From Candidatus Endomicrobiellum calonymphae (GTDB lineage Bacteria > Elusimicrobiota > Endomicrobiia > Endomicrobiales > Endomicrobiaceae), in the NCBI GenBank assembly GCA_031269945.1, contig JAISYK010000012.1, positions 1,785-65,784 on the forward strand: 64,000 nt of DNA, written 5' to 3'. The number at the start of each line of letters is the position of its first letter. The stretch's first letter is position 1. The position numbers and the translations under genes were made by a program. Positions 21,256 through 31,930 of the stretch are shown one piece after another. The notes under the pieces were generated by a model. The model searched no databases. It worked only from the letters and a program-made list of their open reading frames with translations, and was not told the DNA's origin.

Positions 21256-22470
21256 GTGCTTCCTAAAGGCTTTAAAGTTGGTGGAATATGTAGTGGAATA
21301 GCGAAGAAAGATGAGAAAAAAGACCTGGCTCTTTTTGTTTCAGAGTCGCCTGCGAGCGCCGCGGGAATGTTCACAAAGAATCTTGTGAAAGCTGCACCAG
21401 TTTTAGTTGATATTGAAAGATTGAGAAAAGGGAATAAATTTTTTGGAATTGTAGCAAACTCAGGGTGTGCAAATGCATGTACTGGCGTTAAGGGTGAAGA
21501 AGATGCTAAAAATATGTGTTTGATGATTGAAAAATCTTTAAATTTGAATATAGGGTCGATTTTGTGTGCTTCTACTGGAGTCATAGGACAGCATTTAAAC
21601 ATTTCTAATGAAAAATTTTGGAGGAGTGTTGACTTATTAAAGAATAATATAGGCGTATCTATAGAAAATGAAAATGATGCTGTTCTTGCGATAATGACTA
21701 CAGATACTTTTGTGAAAAAGGTTAGTAGAAAAATTGAAGTTGAAAAAGGCGAGATTAAAATTTGGGGATGCGTGAAAGGTGCTGGGATGATTCATCCGAA
21801 TATGTGTGGGCCATTAACAGGTTTACATGCTACAATGCTCTCATTTATTTTAACTGATGCCGAAATTGAAAGTAACCCTCTTCAAAAAATATTGGAAAAT
21901 TCATCAGAAAATTCGTTTAATTGCGTTTCTGTAGATGGTGATACATCTACGAATGATACAGTGATAGTTTTAGCTAATGGGCAAAGTGGTACTGGAAAAT
22001 TGTCAAAATTAAATTTAGAAAAATTTGAAAAAACTTTGGACGAGGTTACCATAGAGCTTGCTCAATGTGTCGCTAAAGATGGAGAAGGAGCCACAAAGTT
22101 TATTGAAATTGAAGTTAGAAATACTAGAACTAAAATGGACGCAAGACTTATAGCCTCAACAGTAGCTACTTCTCCTCTTTTTAAAACAGCTATATTTGGT
22201 GCCGATGCAAACTGGGGAAGGATTTTAGCAGCTGTGGGTAGATCTGGGGTGATGTTTGACGTGAGTAAGCTTGATATATATATAGGAAGTATTAAAACTT
22301 TTAAGAATGGGAAAGTTCTGAATTTTTCTGAAGAAGCCGCTAAAGAATCGTTATTAAAAAAGGAAATTAAGGTTGTTATAGATCTTAAGGCCGGCAAAGA
22401 AGATGGTAAATATTACACCTGTGACTTTTCGTATGATTATGTTAGAATAAACAGTGTTTATAGAAGTTGA
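21256..22470 (+). CDS. argJ: Ornithine acetyltransferase / N-acetylglutamate synthase ArgJ
   Basis: NSGCANACTG, STGVIG, MTTDT, KGAGMIHPNM..ATML, DGDTSTND, DGEGATK, NWGR. Confidence 0.97.
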   Translation: MLPKGFKVGGICSGIAKKDEKKDLALFVSESPASAAGMFTKNLVKAAPVLVDIERLRKGNKFFGIVANSGCANACTGVKGEEDAKNMCLMIEKSLNLNIGSILCASTGVIGQHLNISNEKFWRSVDLLKNNIGVSIENENDAVLAIMTTDTFVKKVSRKIEVEKGEIKIWGCVKGAGMIHPNMCGPLTGLHATMLSFILTDAEIESNPLQKILENSSENSFNCVSVDGDTSTNDTVIVLANGQSGTGKLSKLNLEKFEKTLDEVTIELAQCVAKDGEGATKFIEIEVRNTRTKMDARLIASTVATSPLFKTAIFGADANWGRILAAVGRSGVMFDVSKLDIYIGSIKTFKNGKVLNFSEEAAKESLLKKEIKVVIDLKAGKEDGKYYTCDFSYDYVRINSVYRS

Positions 22471-22532
22471 AAGAGAGTAGGTTGATAAATAATTAAAGGT
22501 GTTGTCCTCTTGTTTTATTAATATTTGAGTGT

Positions 22533-23141
22533 ATGGCTTTAAAAATTTCGTCAATGGATAAAGATGTATATAAAAAAGTAAGTGAGGTAATAAGAAATGG
22601 TGGGATAGCTATTGTTCCTACTGAAACGGTCTATGGGTTTGTCGTTGATGCTTTTAATATTGAAACGCAGAAGGTGTTATATAGAATTAAAAATAGAGAT
22701 GCAAGAAAACCGCTTGTTATGATGTCGCATGATATTAGTAATGTGAGAATTTTTGTTGATATTTCTAAAAAAGCTTTGCAAATTGCTAAAAAATTTTGGC
22801 CAGGGCAGCTTACATTAATATTCTCTACGACAGGAGTTGGGCAGATTTTGTCGGGTGGTAGAAAGGATTTGGGAGTAAGGATTCCAAATAATAGATTTAT
22901 GTTAAAATTGCTAAGAGAAATAAAGAATCCTGTTTTTACAACTTCTGTGAATATTTCAAATGAAAAAAGTGCCAAAAATATGGACGAAGCCTTAAAGTTT
23001 GATGAGATGGTTGATATTATTGTTGATGGGGGACAATGTAAATTTTCTTTTGAATCTACAGTTGTAGATATGATAAAATTTCCATATGTTGTTGTTCGCA
23101 GGGGTTGTTTAAATACTAATAAGATATTGAAATGTTTATAA
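22533..23141 (+). CDS. tsaC: Threonylcarbamoyl-AMP synthase (YrdC/TsaC)
   Basis: PTETVYG, K.R...KPL, FWPG.LT, GVRIP, TS.N.S, STVVD. Confidence 0.94.
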   Translation: MALKISSMDKDVYKKVSEVIRNGGIAIVPTETVYGFVVDAFNIETQKVLYRIKNRDARKPLVMMSHDISNVRIFVDISKKALQIAKKFWPGQLTLIFSTTGVGQILSGGRKDLGVRIPNNRFMLKLLREIKNPVFTTSVNISNEKSAKNMDEALKFDEMVDIIVDGGQCKFSFESTVVDMIKFPYVVVRRGCLNTNKILKCL

Positions 23142-23157
23142 GTATAGAGAGGAGAAA

Positions 23158-24408
23158 ATGGAAAATCTAAAAAAAAGTGATAGTGAAATTTATAGTGTGC
23201 TTGCAAAAGAGCTAAAAAGACAGAGGGAGACTATAGAACTCATTGCTTCTGAAAATATAGCTTCGCAGGCGGTCATGGAAGTACAAGGTTCATGCCTTAC
23301 AAATAAGTATGCCGAAGGATACCCTAATAAAAGGTATTACGGCGGATGTGAAATTGTTGATATAGCGGAAACTATTGCTATAGAAAGGGCTAAAAGACTT
23401 TTTAATTCAAAATTTGCAAATGTACAGCCGCATTCTGGCGCACAGGCAAATTTTGCCGTCCAGTTTGCTCTTTTAGATCCAGGTGACACTATTATGGGGC
23501 TTAGTTTATCTCATGGGGGGCATTTAACACACGGAAGTCCTTACAATGTTTCTGGTAAGTGGTTCAATATTGTTTCTTATACTGTAGAAAAGAGAACGTG
23601 TTGTATAAATTATGAAGAAATGGAAGAACTAGCTTTAAAGTATAAACCGAAACTTATAATTAGTGGTGGTAGCGCATATTCAAGGATTTGGGATTGGGAG
23701 AAAATAACCAAGATTGCAAAAAAAGTTAACGCTTATCATATGGCAGATATAGCTCATTATGCAGGTTTAGTGGTAGCAGGAGTTTATCCGTCAGCTGTAA
23801 ATTATGCTGATGTTACTACAACTACGACTCATAAGACTCTTTGCGGACCTAGAGGCGGTTTAATTCTTACTAATAATGAAGAAATTGCGGGGAAAATTAA
23901 TTCTGCGGTTTTTCCAGGTGTACAGGGGGGACCGTTGATGCATGTCATAGCAGCAAAAGCCGTAGCTTTCGGTGAGGCGCTTAAACCTGAGTTTAAAAAA
24001 TATCAAAAACAAGTTTTGATTAACGCTAAGAAACTTGCTAAAAGTCTTGAAAAAGATAATTTAAAAATTGTTTCTGGTGGCACGGATTCTCATGTGTTTT
24101 TGGTTGACTTAAGGCCTTTGGGTGTTACTGGTAAAGATGCTCAAGAAACTTTGGGTAGGGCAGGTATAACTTTAAATAAAAATGGAATTCCATATGACCT
24201 TGCAAAACCAACTATTACGTCTGGAATAAGAATTGGCTCACCGGCTGTTACTGCAAGAGGAATGAAAGAACCTGAAATGTTGAAAATAGCGGAGGCAATC
24301 GTCAAGGTTCTCAAAAATATTGATAATGAAAAAGTAGTTGCTGATGTTAGAGTAGATATGTTAAAGTTGTGTGAAGAGTTCCCCATATATAAAGATTTAA
24401 AGTATTGA
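23158..24408 (+). CDS. glyA: Serine hydroxymethyltransferase
   Basis: [38 protein letters not shown]. Confidence 0.99.
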   Translation: MENLKKSDSEIYSVLAKELKRQRETIELIASENIASQAVMEVQGSCLTNKYAEGYPNKRYYGGCEIVDIAETIAIERAKRLFNSKFANVQPHSGAQANFAVQFALLDPGDTIMGLSLSHGGHLTHGSPYNVSGKWFNIVSYTVEKRTCCINYEEMEELALKYKPKLIISGGSAYSRIWDWEKITKIAKKVNAYHMADIAHYAGLVVAGVYPSAVNYADVTTTTTHKTLCGPRGGLILTNNEEIAGKINSAVFPGVQGGPLMHVIAAKAVAFGEALKPEFKKYQKQVLINAKKLAKSLEKDNLKIVSGGTDSHVFLVDLRPLGVTGKDAQETLGRAGITLNKNGIPYDLAKPTITSGIRIGSPAVTARGMKEPEMLKIAEAIVKVLKNIDNEKVVADVRVDMLKLCEEFPIYKDLKY

Positions 24409-24522
24409 TACGAATGGAACATGATTGTATTGTAGAATTGTAATAATATGTATATTCGCGGTTAATTTAAATGCTATATGTGTATATAATTTGGTGGTAG
24501 GGTTATATTATTGATAAATTTT

Positions 24523-24598
24523 GGGGACGTGGTGTAGCCTGGTTTAACACATTGCCCTGTCAAGGCAAAGAGCGCGGGTTCAAATCCCGTCGTCCCCG
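24523..24598 (+). tRNA. tRNA-Asp(GTC)
   Basis: Acceptor GGGGACG/CGTCCCC; anticodon arm TTGCC-CTGTCAA-GGCAA. Confidence 0.96.
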
Positions 24599-25060
24599 CT
24601 TGTCTTTGTTTTCTTTGATTTTGGGATATTTTTTGGATTATAAAAAGTTGCAGGGAGTGCTTTTTGTACAATTTAGATGGTTTTTATTTTCGAGAAATCA
24701 AAAGATGTAATTTTTGAGCTTTGGATATTATTAGATTCTCTTGTTATATAATACTAAAGATAGCATGAGAAGTAGCAAAAAGCTTTCATAGATATTATGC
24801 CTTTATAACGCAAGGTATAAGAGATAAGTAGATGATGATCTGTTGGTTTAGGCGTTGCCGCCTATTTGGCATGTGGATGTTTTTATTTTTTTTGAAAAAG
24901 GGTTCTAGAACTGTGGGATATTGCTGTATAAGCTTTGATAGCGGAGGAATGTAAAAAAACTGTTTTTTTGCTTGGATGGGTTCTGTGTGTGATGTCTAAA
25001 GGATAGAGTGCTTATGTCAAAATGTCATCTTTTTGCGTGAAGTGGTATTACAAATTGTTA

Positions 25061-25705
25061 ATGAGAAAAAAAATGATAGTGAGTGATGGATATATATCAA
25101 AAATAATAGAAGTTTTAAATGAGAATTATGAAAATGTAAAGTGTGCTCTTAATTTTTCTAATCCTTTTGAACTTCTTTCAGCTGTGATTTTGTCTGCTCA
25201 GTGTACAGATGAGAGGGTTAATAATGTTACAAAGGAGCTTTTCAAAAAGTATAGGAACATAGAGAATTATGCAAGTGCCGACACTCTGGAGCTTGAAAAT
25301 TGTATTAAGACTGTAGGGTTTTATAGGAATAAAGCGAAGAATATTATTAGATGTGCACAATTAGCAATGAATGAGTATAATGGCAGTATTCCACAGGTTA
25401 TGAAGGAATTGCTTAGGTTTCCTGGCGTTGCTAGGAAAACTGCAAATGTTGTTTTAAGTGTTGCTTTTGGGAAAAGTGAAGGGATTGTTGTTGATACGCA
25501 TGTTATAAGGATTTCAAATTTGTTAAAACTTACAAAACATGATGATCCTGTAAAAATTGAAAGGGATTTAATTAGTGTTGTTCCTAAAGAATATTGGATG
25601 AATTTTTCTTTTTTTATACAAACTCTAGGTAGAAAAATTTGCAAGGCAAGGGATCCAAATCACTTGATTTGTCCGTTGAGTAAGCTTTGCCCATCCTATC
25701 CATAG
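25061..25705 (+). CDS. nth: Endonuclease III (start uncertain)
   Basis: LSAQCTD..VN, HhH PGVARKTANVV, VDTHV, C-terminal CKARDP...CPL..LCP. Confidence 0.95.
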   Translation: MRKKMIVSDGYISKIIEVLNENYENVKCALNFSNPFELLSAVILSAQCTDERVNNVTKELFKKYRNIENYASADTLELENCIKTVGFYRNKAKNIIRCAQLAMNEYNGSIPQVMKELLRFPGVARKTANVVLSVAFGKSEGIVVDTHVIRISNLLKLTKHDDPVKIERDLISVVPKEYWMNFSFFIQTLGRKICKARDPNHLICPLSKLCPSYP

Positions 25706-25822
25706 ATAGCATATAATAAGCAATGTGATTGTTTTGGATATTTGTAATATTGGTATATAGGATTAGACGTTTTTGTTCTTATTGAATTTTTACTATTTAA
25801 TGTTTATGTTTATCGGTTGCCT

Positions 25823-26665
25823 ATGATTATAGATAATCTTATCAATCTTGCGTTGGAAGAAGATAGTGTTTTTGATGATATTACTACTAAAGAGTTTATA
25901 CATAAAGACGAACGGGCCGAAGCGTTGTTAATAGCGAATAAATCAGGAATTCTTTGTGGTATTGATATTTTCATAAAAGTATTTGAGACCATAGATGGGA
26001 GATGCATTATATCGCCGAGAAAATGGGATTGTTCGCGAGTAAAGCAAGGAGATGAAATCTTAATGATTGCCGGTCCTGCACACGCAATTTTATCAGGCGA
26101 AAGAACAGCTCTCAACTTTTTACAGTATATGTCTGGAATTGCTACTTTGACAAGTAAATTTGTAGAATGCGTAAGAAATAGTAAATCAAAAATATACGAT
26201 ACGAGAAAAACTGTCCCAGGATATAGAGAGCTTGCGAAGTACGCGGTAAGATGTGGCGGAGGGAGTAACCACAGAAAGAGTCTTATCGATATGGTTCTTA
26301 TAAAGGACAATCACTTAAAATTTGTTAAGGATTTGGCTGCTAGGATTGATAAATTTAGAGAAAGATTCAAAAATGTACCTGTTGAGATTGAATGTGAAAA
26401 TATAGAACAAATCAGGCGAGCTTTAGATGCGAGGGTTGATATTATACTGCTTGATAATACGAATTTTGAAGATACAAAAGAAATGGTTTCTCTTATAAGG
26501 GAGTGTTCTACAGAAAGATACAAGCCTGAGATAGAGGTTTCTGGAGGTATAAATATTGAAACCCTAAAAGAGTTTGCAAATCTTGATATAGAGAGAATAT
26601 CAATAGGGATGATTACACATTCGTCTCCAGTTTTAGATCTAACCCTTGAAATAAGAATGAAATGA
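25823..26665 (+). CDS. nadC: Quinolinate phosphoribosyltransferase
   Basis: ERTALNFLQ..SGIAT, DTRKT.PG, NHR, IKDNH, LLDN, EVSGGI. Confidence 0.96.
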   Translation: MIIDNLINLALEEDSVFDDITTKEFIHKDERAEALLIANKSGILCGIDIFIKVFETIDGRCIISPRKWDCSRVKQGDEILMIAGPAHAILSGERTALNFLQYMSGIATLTSKFVECVRNSKSKIYDTRKTVPGYRELAKYAVRCGGGSNHRKSLIDMVLIKDNHLKFVKDLAARIDKFRERFKNVPVEIECENIEQIRRALDARVDIILLDNTNFEDTKEMVSLIRECSTERYKPEIEVSGGINIETLKEFANLDIERISIGMITHSSPVLDLTLEIRMK

Positions 26666-26785
26666 ATGTTTAGGTGTTGTAATTATATTTCGAGTTTTAT
26701 CGGGTAAAGGAAAGTTTGGATAATTTTTTATTGGGGTTCTTTGTTTATAAATGAAAATAGGTAAGACTTAGATGAGAAATGTCAA

Positions 26786-27619
26786 GTGATGAAGTTCCCT
26801 TCTGTAAATTGTGTTTTTGTAAGAAGCAATAGGATATATAGGGAATATGAAATAAAAACGAATTTTATAGGACAGTCTAGTTTGTATAAAACGATAAGGT
26901 ACTACAAAAAGTTGGAGTCAACGCAAATTATCGTTAAAGAACTCGCGGAAGAAGGTTTTGGAGAAGGGATTGTTGTTATTGCAGGGAAACAAACTGGAAG
27001 TTATGGTAGAAATAAAAAAAAATGGGTTTCAGATATAGGTGGTTTGTGGTTTTCGACACTTTTAAAGCCTATGATGTATCCTAATGAAATTTCAAAATTG
27101 ATGTTATTATTAGGTATTGCTGTAGGGAGGGTTTTTGAAAAGAGATATAAGATTAGTCCTGAGATAAGATGGCCTAATGATGTTCTTGTGTTTGGCAAAA
27201 AAGTTGCAGGAATAGTAACAGAAATGTCTGTTAAACAAAACAAAATAAGTTGGGTCGCTGCTGGGGTAGGCATAAATATTAATAATAGACTACCTGAATA
27301 TTTAGAAAGCGTGTCGATTTCTTTAAAAGGTATACTAAAAAAAAAAGTAAATGCGTTGGAATTTATTTCTACGTTTTTTAATGAATTTGAGCTTTTATAT
27401 TTTGATTTTAAAAAAAGTGGGTTTGGAAATTTTTTGAAAGAATATAATGATAGGCTTGCGTATAAGAATAGATATGTAGATGTTGACAGTGGATATTATG
27501 TTATAACTGGCAAAAATCTTGGTGTTGATGCAAGCGGAAGACTTGTTGTAAAAACTAAGAATGAGCTTGAAAGAATAGTATCTGGTAGTGTGAGATTGGC
27601 AAAAAATATAGAAAAGTAA
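26786..27619 (+). CDS. birA: Biotin--protein ligase (no intact N-terminal HTH; start uncertain)
   Basis: STQ, QTGSYGR...W, RWPND, KKVAG, GVGININ, C-terminal G.D..G.L domain. Confidence 0.88.
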   Translation: MMKFPSVNCVFVRSNRIYREYEIKTNFIGQSSLYKTIRYYKKLESTQIIVKELAEEGFGEGIVVIAGKQTGSYGRNKKKWVSDIGGLWFSTLLKPMMYPNEISKLMLLLGIAVGRVFEKRYKISPEIRWPNDVLVFGKKVAGIVTEMSVKQNKISWVAAGVGININNRLPEYLESVSISLKGILKKKVNALEFISTFFNEFELLYFDFKKSGFGNFLKEYNDRLAYKNRYVDVDSGYYVITGKNLGVDASGRLVVKTKNELERIVSGSVRLAKNIEK

Positions 27620-27627
27620 TAGGGAGG

Positions 27628-27936
27628 ATGGGATTTAGAATGGAATTGTTTAAGATGGCGAAAGAAACAATGGCTATGAGAAGTAAGATAAATGAAATGG
27701 ACAAAAAGTTAAAATCTCAGATTATAGATGTGGACTATAGAGGCGTAAAAGTACAAGTAAATGCTAAAAATGAATTTCTAAATTTAAGTATTCCAGGTCA
27801 TTTATTTAAAGAGAGTAAAGACAAAATAGAGAAATTTATATTGTCGGCTTTTATTGAAGCGAATAAAAAGGCACAGAATGTCATGACTGAAGAATTTAAA
27901 AAACTTAGCGGTGGGTTAAAGATCCCGGGATTATAA
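27628..27936 (+). CDS. YbaB/EbfC-family nucleoid-associated protein
   Basis: 102 aa, V.V.VNA, A..EA..KAQ, terminal GGLKIPGL. Confidence 0.85.
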   Translation: MGFRMELFKMAKETMAMRSKINEMDKKLKSQIIDVDYRGVKVQVNAKNEFLNLSIPGHLFKESKDKIEKFILSAFIEANKKAQNVMTEEFKKLSGGLKIPGL

Positions 27937-27973
27937 AAAATTCAATGATTTGTTGTGTGTGTAACGAAATATT

Positions 27974-28681
27974 TTATTTAAATATTCCACCTGCATTCTT
28001 GCACCAAAATAACATATCCAAGTGAGACATGGGGATTTCTGTATTTTTTGAGAAGTGTTGCATTTGTTTTTCTGTTTCTAGGTATGCTTTTTCATTGAGT
28101 AGTGGGGGCACTTCTTTTATCGCGTCGTAAATTTTGAGATTCTTTAGTACATGTCTGTCCAGTATGGCAAGGTTTTTCTCAATGCCAATATTCCTTAAGA
28201 AATGTCCTGCCTCTTTATATCCTATACCTTTGATATTTTTTGTGAGCCATTTTCTTAATTCGTGTGCATCTTTGAGGGATTTGAGTTTTTCTTTTAGAAT
28301 TATTTTTAGAATTATTTTGGCGTTAATAGTGAACATCTTTCTTGCCTCAACTAAATATTTTGCTTTGTTATTTCTAAATCTGACTTTTTTTATTATTTTG
28401 GCTATGTTTCCTTCATTCGAATAGAGTATCATATTTTTTTTAGCTAGTTCGTTTACCGCGTTCCAACACCAAATGGCTTTACTTTGTGGAGTAAAAAGAC
28501 AAAATATAAGTTCGGCAAATATCTCTTCATCAGTTCCGCTTTTCCATATTTTGTCGAAATGCTTTTCTCTGCTTAAAATAATGGGAAGAACTTTCTCCCA
28601 AAATTTTTTCAATCCTGCGATTGTAGTAGAATCATCAGTCGGAGTTTTTAAAAAGTCAATTTGTATCAAACTGTTTTTCAC
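27974..28681 (-). CDS. ogg: 8-oxoguanine DNA glycosylase/AP lyase, Ogg2 family
   Basis: EL.FCL.TPQSKA, RFRNNKA, IKGIGYKEA.HFLRNIG, LDRH, C-terminal GGIFK. Confidence 0.9.
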   Translation of the reverse strand: MKNSLIQIDFLKTPTDDSTTIAGLKKFWEKVLPIILSREKHFDKIWKSGTDEEIFAELIFCLFTPQSKAIWCWNAVNELAKKNMILYSNEGNIAKIIKKVRFRNNKAKYLVEARKMFTINAKIILKIILKEKLKSLKDAHELRKWLTKNIKGIGYKEAGHFLRNIGIEKNLAILDRHVLKNLKIYDAIKEVPPLLNEKAYLETEKQMQHFSKNTEIPMSHLDMLFWCKNAGGIFK

Positions 28682-28828
28682 AAGTCTATTATATGATAAT
28701 TGTAAATTATTTAGTTTTTTTCAATTTACAATGAAGGCAAATACTTGAATTGTAAAATAGTAGAGGAGTATTTTAAAAAGTAAAAAGTAGTATTAATACA
28801 GATATAAATTTGATACAATACCCCGAGT

Positions 28829-29512
28829 ATGGATAAGGTACTAGCTTATAGAGAGATAAGAAGTAATGCTGAAGTGCAGATGTATTTTAAATATATGGAA
28901 GGGTATTTTGAAAATACAAAAGAGGCCTTTATAAGACGTAAAAATTGTGATAAAAATCATGCTTTGTATGCTGCTAAAACTGCAGAGAGGATTTTGAAAT
29001 ATTTGGGTTATAAAAAGAGAGAACAGGAGCTTGCTAAAATTGCAGCTTATATGCATGATGTTGGTAACATAGTTTCGAGGTATGGGCATGATCAGAGCAG
29101 TGCGATAATGTTTTTAAATGTTATTGGCGATTATAATAGGTACGATGAAGACGTTTTTACCATAGTAAGTGCTATAGGTTGTCATGAGGATAAAACTATA
29201 GAGCCAGTATCTCCGGTTGCAGCTGCTCTTGTGATTGGAGACAAGACGGATGTAAGTCACGAGAGAGTGGGGACAGAAGATTTATATGATTTGGATAAAC
29301 ATTCTTTAGTTGTCGCCGCCTGTAAGAAAGTTGATGTTATTGTGAATAAGGTAAAGATGAGTATTGAGTTGAAAATAAAGATTGATAGTACTATATGTTC
29401 AGTTATGAACTATTTTGAAATATTTATGTCTAGGATAAATTATTGTAGGAGAGCGAGTAGTGTTTTAAAATGTAATTTTGAGTTATACATTAATGACGAT
29501 AAATTTTTATAG
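28829..29512 (+). CDS. HD-domain phosphohydrolase-like protein, paralog 1
   Basis: YMHDVGN, HED, AAAL..GDKTD, YFEIFMSR...C.RA..VL.C.FEL.IN. Confidence 0.85.
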   Translation: MDKVLAYREIRSNAEVQMYFKYMEGYFENTKEAFIRRKNCDKNHALYAAKTAERILKYLGYKKREQELAKIAAYMHDVGNIVSRYGHDQSSAIMFLNVIGDYNRYDEDVFTIVSAIGCHEDKTIEPVSPVAAALVIGDKTDVSHERVGTEDLYDLDKHSLVVAACKKVDVIVNKVKMSIELKIKIDSTICSVMNYFEIFMSRINYCRRASSVLKCNFELYINDDKFL

Positions 29513-29605
29513 ATTTATGTGTTTAGATTTTAGATATTACACACATTGTGTATGATGTGGTTAAGTAAAGTTAGGTTATAAAGAAGAGTTGTAAATGGGT
29601 AGTTG

Positions 29606-30745
29606 ATGTTAAAATGTGGTTTTTATCAACTTATAAAAAAATCATCTGAATGTAGAGCCAGAGTAGGAAGGGTTTACACTACAAGGGGCGTTGTTGATAC
29701 CCCTGTTTTTATGCCAGTGGGAACACGTGGTACTTTAAAAGGCATTGCTAACGAATTTTTACGCAATTCTGATGTACAGATTGTGTTAGCTAATTCGTAT
29801 CATTTATATCTCCAGCCGGGCGTAGAGATAATCAAAAAAGCAGGGGGAATACAGAAATTTAATTCGTGGAATAGGCCTATGCTTACAGATTCTGGTGGGT
29901 TTCAAGTGTTTAGTTTAAGTGACACTAGAAAGATTAGCGAAAAGGGGGTTGAATTTAAGTCTTATATAGATGGTTCTAAACATTTTTTCTCTCCGGAAAA
30001 GTCTATACAGGTTCAAAAAGATATTGGTGCAGATATTATAATGTGTTTTGATGAATGTATACCTTATACTAGTAGTTATGAGTATGCAAAAAAGTCCACA
30101 GAATTAAGTTTTAGATGGGCTAAAAGATGCAAAGAAGAATTTTGTAAAGAAGAAGATTTTCATACAACTCGACAGTCGTTGTTTGGTATTATACAAGGGT
30201 CGATATATAATGATTTAAGGATAAAAAGTGTATATGAAATGTTAAATATAGGTTTTACGGGATATGCTATAGGCGGTCTCTCGGTAGGGGAGTCGAAAGA
30301 AGAAATGCGTTCGGTGTTGGAAAGTGTCGTGCCTATAATCCCTAACGATAAGGCTAAATACCTCATGGGCGTTGGAATGCCCGAAGATTTATGGGAGTGT
30401 GTTGAGCTTGGTATAGATATGTTTGACTGCGTTGTCCCTACTAGAAATGGACGCAATGGTCAGGCTTTTACAAGTTTTGGAAAAATTAATATAAAAAATT
30501 CGGAATTTAAAGATGACTTCAGTTCATTAGATAGTGATTGCTGTTGTCCTACATGCCGAGGATACTCGAAAGCTTATTTAAATCATTTGGTTAGATCTAA
30601 GGAGAGTTTATATTTGAGTCTTCTGTCTTTACATAATATATATTTTATGATACACTTGATGGGGAGGATAAGGGAGTCGTTAGAAATGGGTTCGTTTTTA
30701 AAATCTAAAAAAGAATTTTTTGAGAAGTATTATTCAAGGAATTGA
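29606..30745 (+). CDS. tgt: Queuine tRNA-ribosyltransferase
   Basis: TPVFMPVGT, TDSGGFQVFSL, GGLSVGE, YLMGVG, DMFDCV.PTR, Zn-binding C.C..C...H. Confidence 0.98.
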   Translation: MLKCGFYQLIKKSSECRARVGRVYTTRGVVDTPVFMPVGTRGTLKGIANEFLRNSDVQIVLANSYHLYLQPGVEIIKKAGGIQKFNSWNRPMLTDSGGFQVFSLSDTRKISEKGVEFKSYIDGSKHFFSPEKSIQVQKDIGADIIMCFDECIPYTSSYEYAKKSTELSFRWAKRCKEEFCKEEDFHTTRQSLFGIIQGSIYNDLRIKSVYEMLNIGFTGYAIGGLSVGESKEEMRSVLESVVPIIPNDKAKYLMGVGMPEDLWECVELGIDMFDCVVPTRNGRNGQAFTSFGKINIKNSEFKDDFSSLDSDCCCPTCRGYSKAYLNHLVRSKESLYLSLLSLHNIYFMIHLMGRIRESLEMGSFLKSKKEFFEKYYSRN

Positions 30746-30765
30746 GCGTTGGAGTTGAGGTTAAA

Positions 30766-31155
30766 ATGAAAAGGTTCGTTAACTTATTTGTTGTTTTGGT
30801 CGTGGTTTTTATGATGCCTTCGTTGGCATTTGCACAATTGTCTTCTGCAGGATTGTCTTCGCTTGGTGGATTACTGCCTCTTGTTTTTATATTTATTTTT
30901 TTTTATTTATTCTTGCTGAGGCCACAACAGAAAAAAGCGAAAGAGCATCGCAATTTGCTGAATTCTTTAAAAAAAGATGATAGAGTTATTACTGCAGGGG
31001 GGATGTATGCTACGGTAAGTAGCGTAAAAGGGAGCGTTGTTGAGGTAAAAGTCTCAGATGGTGTTTGCGTTAAAGTAGCGAAACAGTCAATATCTGCTGT
31101 TATAGAAAAAAAAGAGAAAGAGATGGCAAAAGAGCATGATGTAATAAAGAAGTAA
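30766..31155 (+). CDS. yajC: Preprotein translocase subunit YajC
   Basis: FYLFLLRPQQKK, L.K.D.V.T.GG. Confidence 0.95.
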   Translation: MKRFVNLFVVLVVVFMMPSLAFAQLSSAGLSSLGGLLPLVFIFIFFYLFLLRPQQKKAKEHRNLLNSLKKDDRVITAGGMYATVSSVKGSVVEVKVSDGVCVKVAKQSISAVIEKKEKEMAKEHDVIKK

Positions 31156-31225
31156 GGTAAGATAATATAATAGTTACGTGGGTCACAAAGTAATATGAAT
31201 TTTGGGTTGTAGACTCGTTAAAGTA

Positions 31226-31930
31226 ATGGGAATAGATACGGATATAAAGAGTAGATTGTCGGATGTAAAAATAAAACTTAAGGATATAGAAAAGAATTCT
31301 ATAATTACTGCGTTTATAAAGTGTGCTAATGAGTATTTGGGGACGATTGGTTATACCGAGCATGGTTTTAGACACGTGAGTTTGGTTGCTTCTAGGGCGA
31401 AAAATGTTTTGGTATATCTCGATTATTTGGAAAGATTTCAAAATCTTGCCGGGATTGCAGGTTATATGCACGATATAGGAAATGTTATAAATAGGCAGAG
31501 ACATGGACAATCATCGGCTCTTATATCGATGAGATTGTTAGAAGGTATGGGTATGAAGTACGAGGATATAGCACTTGTAATTTCGGCTATAGGGAATCAC
31601 GACGAAGAGTGTGGAGATTTTGGAAATCCCGTGGCAGCTGCTCTAGTTTTGGCTGATAAGTCTGATGTACATAAAACTAGAGTAAGGATGGATTTGGATT
31701 CAAAATGTGATAATATTCATGACAGGGTAAACTTTGCGGCGGAAGGGTCATCTTTAAGAGTTAGTAAGGACAAAAAAATTATATCGCTCCGGATTAATAT
31801 TAATACGCATATATCAAATGTAGCTGAATATTTTGAGATTTTTATGTCGAGGATGCTTATGTGTAAAAGAGCTGCAAGCGTTTTAAATTGTAAATTTGAG
31901 TTATTAATAAATGGCAAAAAGTTAGTATAG
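31226..31930 (+). CDS. HD-domain phosphohydrolase, paralog 2
   Basis: GYTEHGFRH, YMHDIGN, GNHDE, LADKSDVH, IHDRVN, YFEIFMSRM. Confidence 0.88.
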   Translation: MGIDTDIKSRLSDVKIKLKDIEKNSIITAFIKCANEYLGTIGYTEHGFRHVSLVASRAKNVLVYLDYLERFQNLAGIAGYMHDIGNVINRQRHGQSSALISMRLLEGMGMKYEDIALVISAIGNHDEECGDFGNPVAAALVLADKSDVHKTRVRMDLDSKCDNIHDRVNFAAEGSSLRVSKDKKIISLRININTHISNVAEYFEIFMSRMLMCKRAASVLNCKFELLINGKKLV

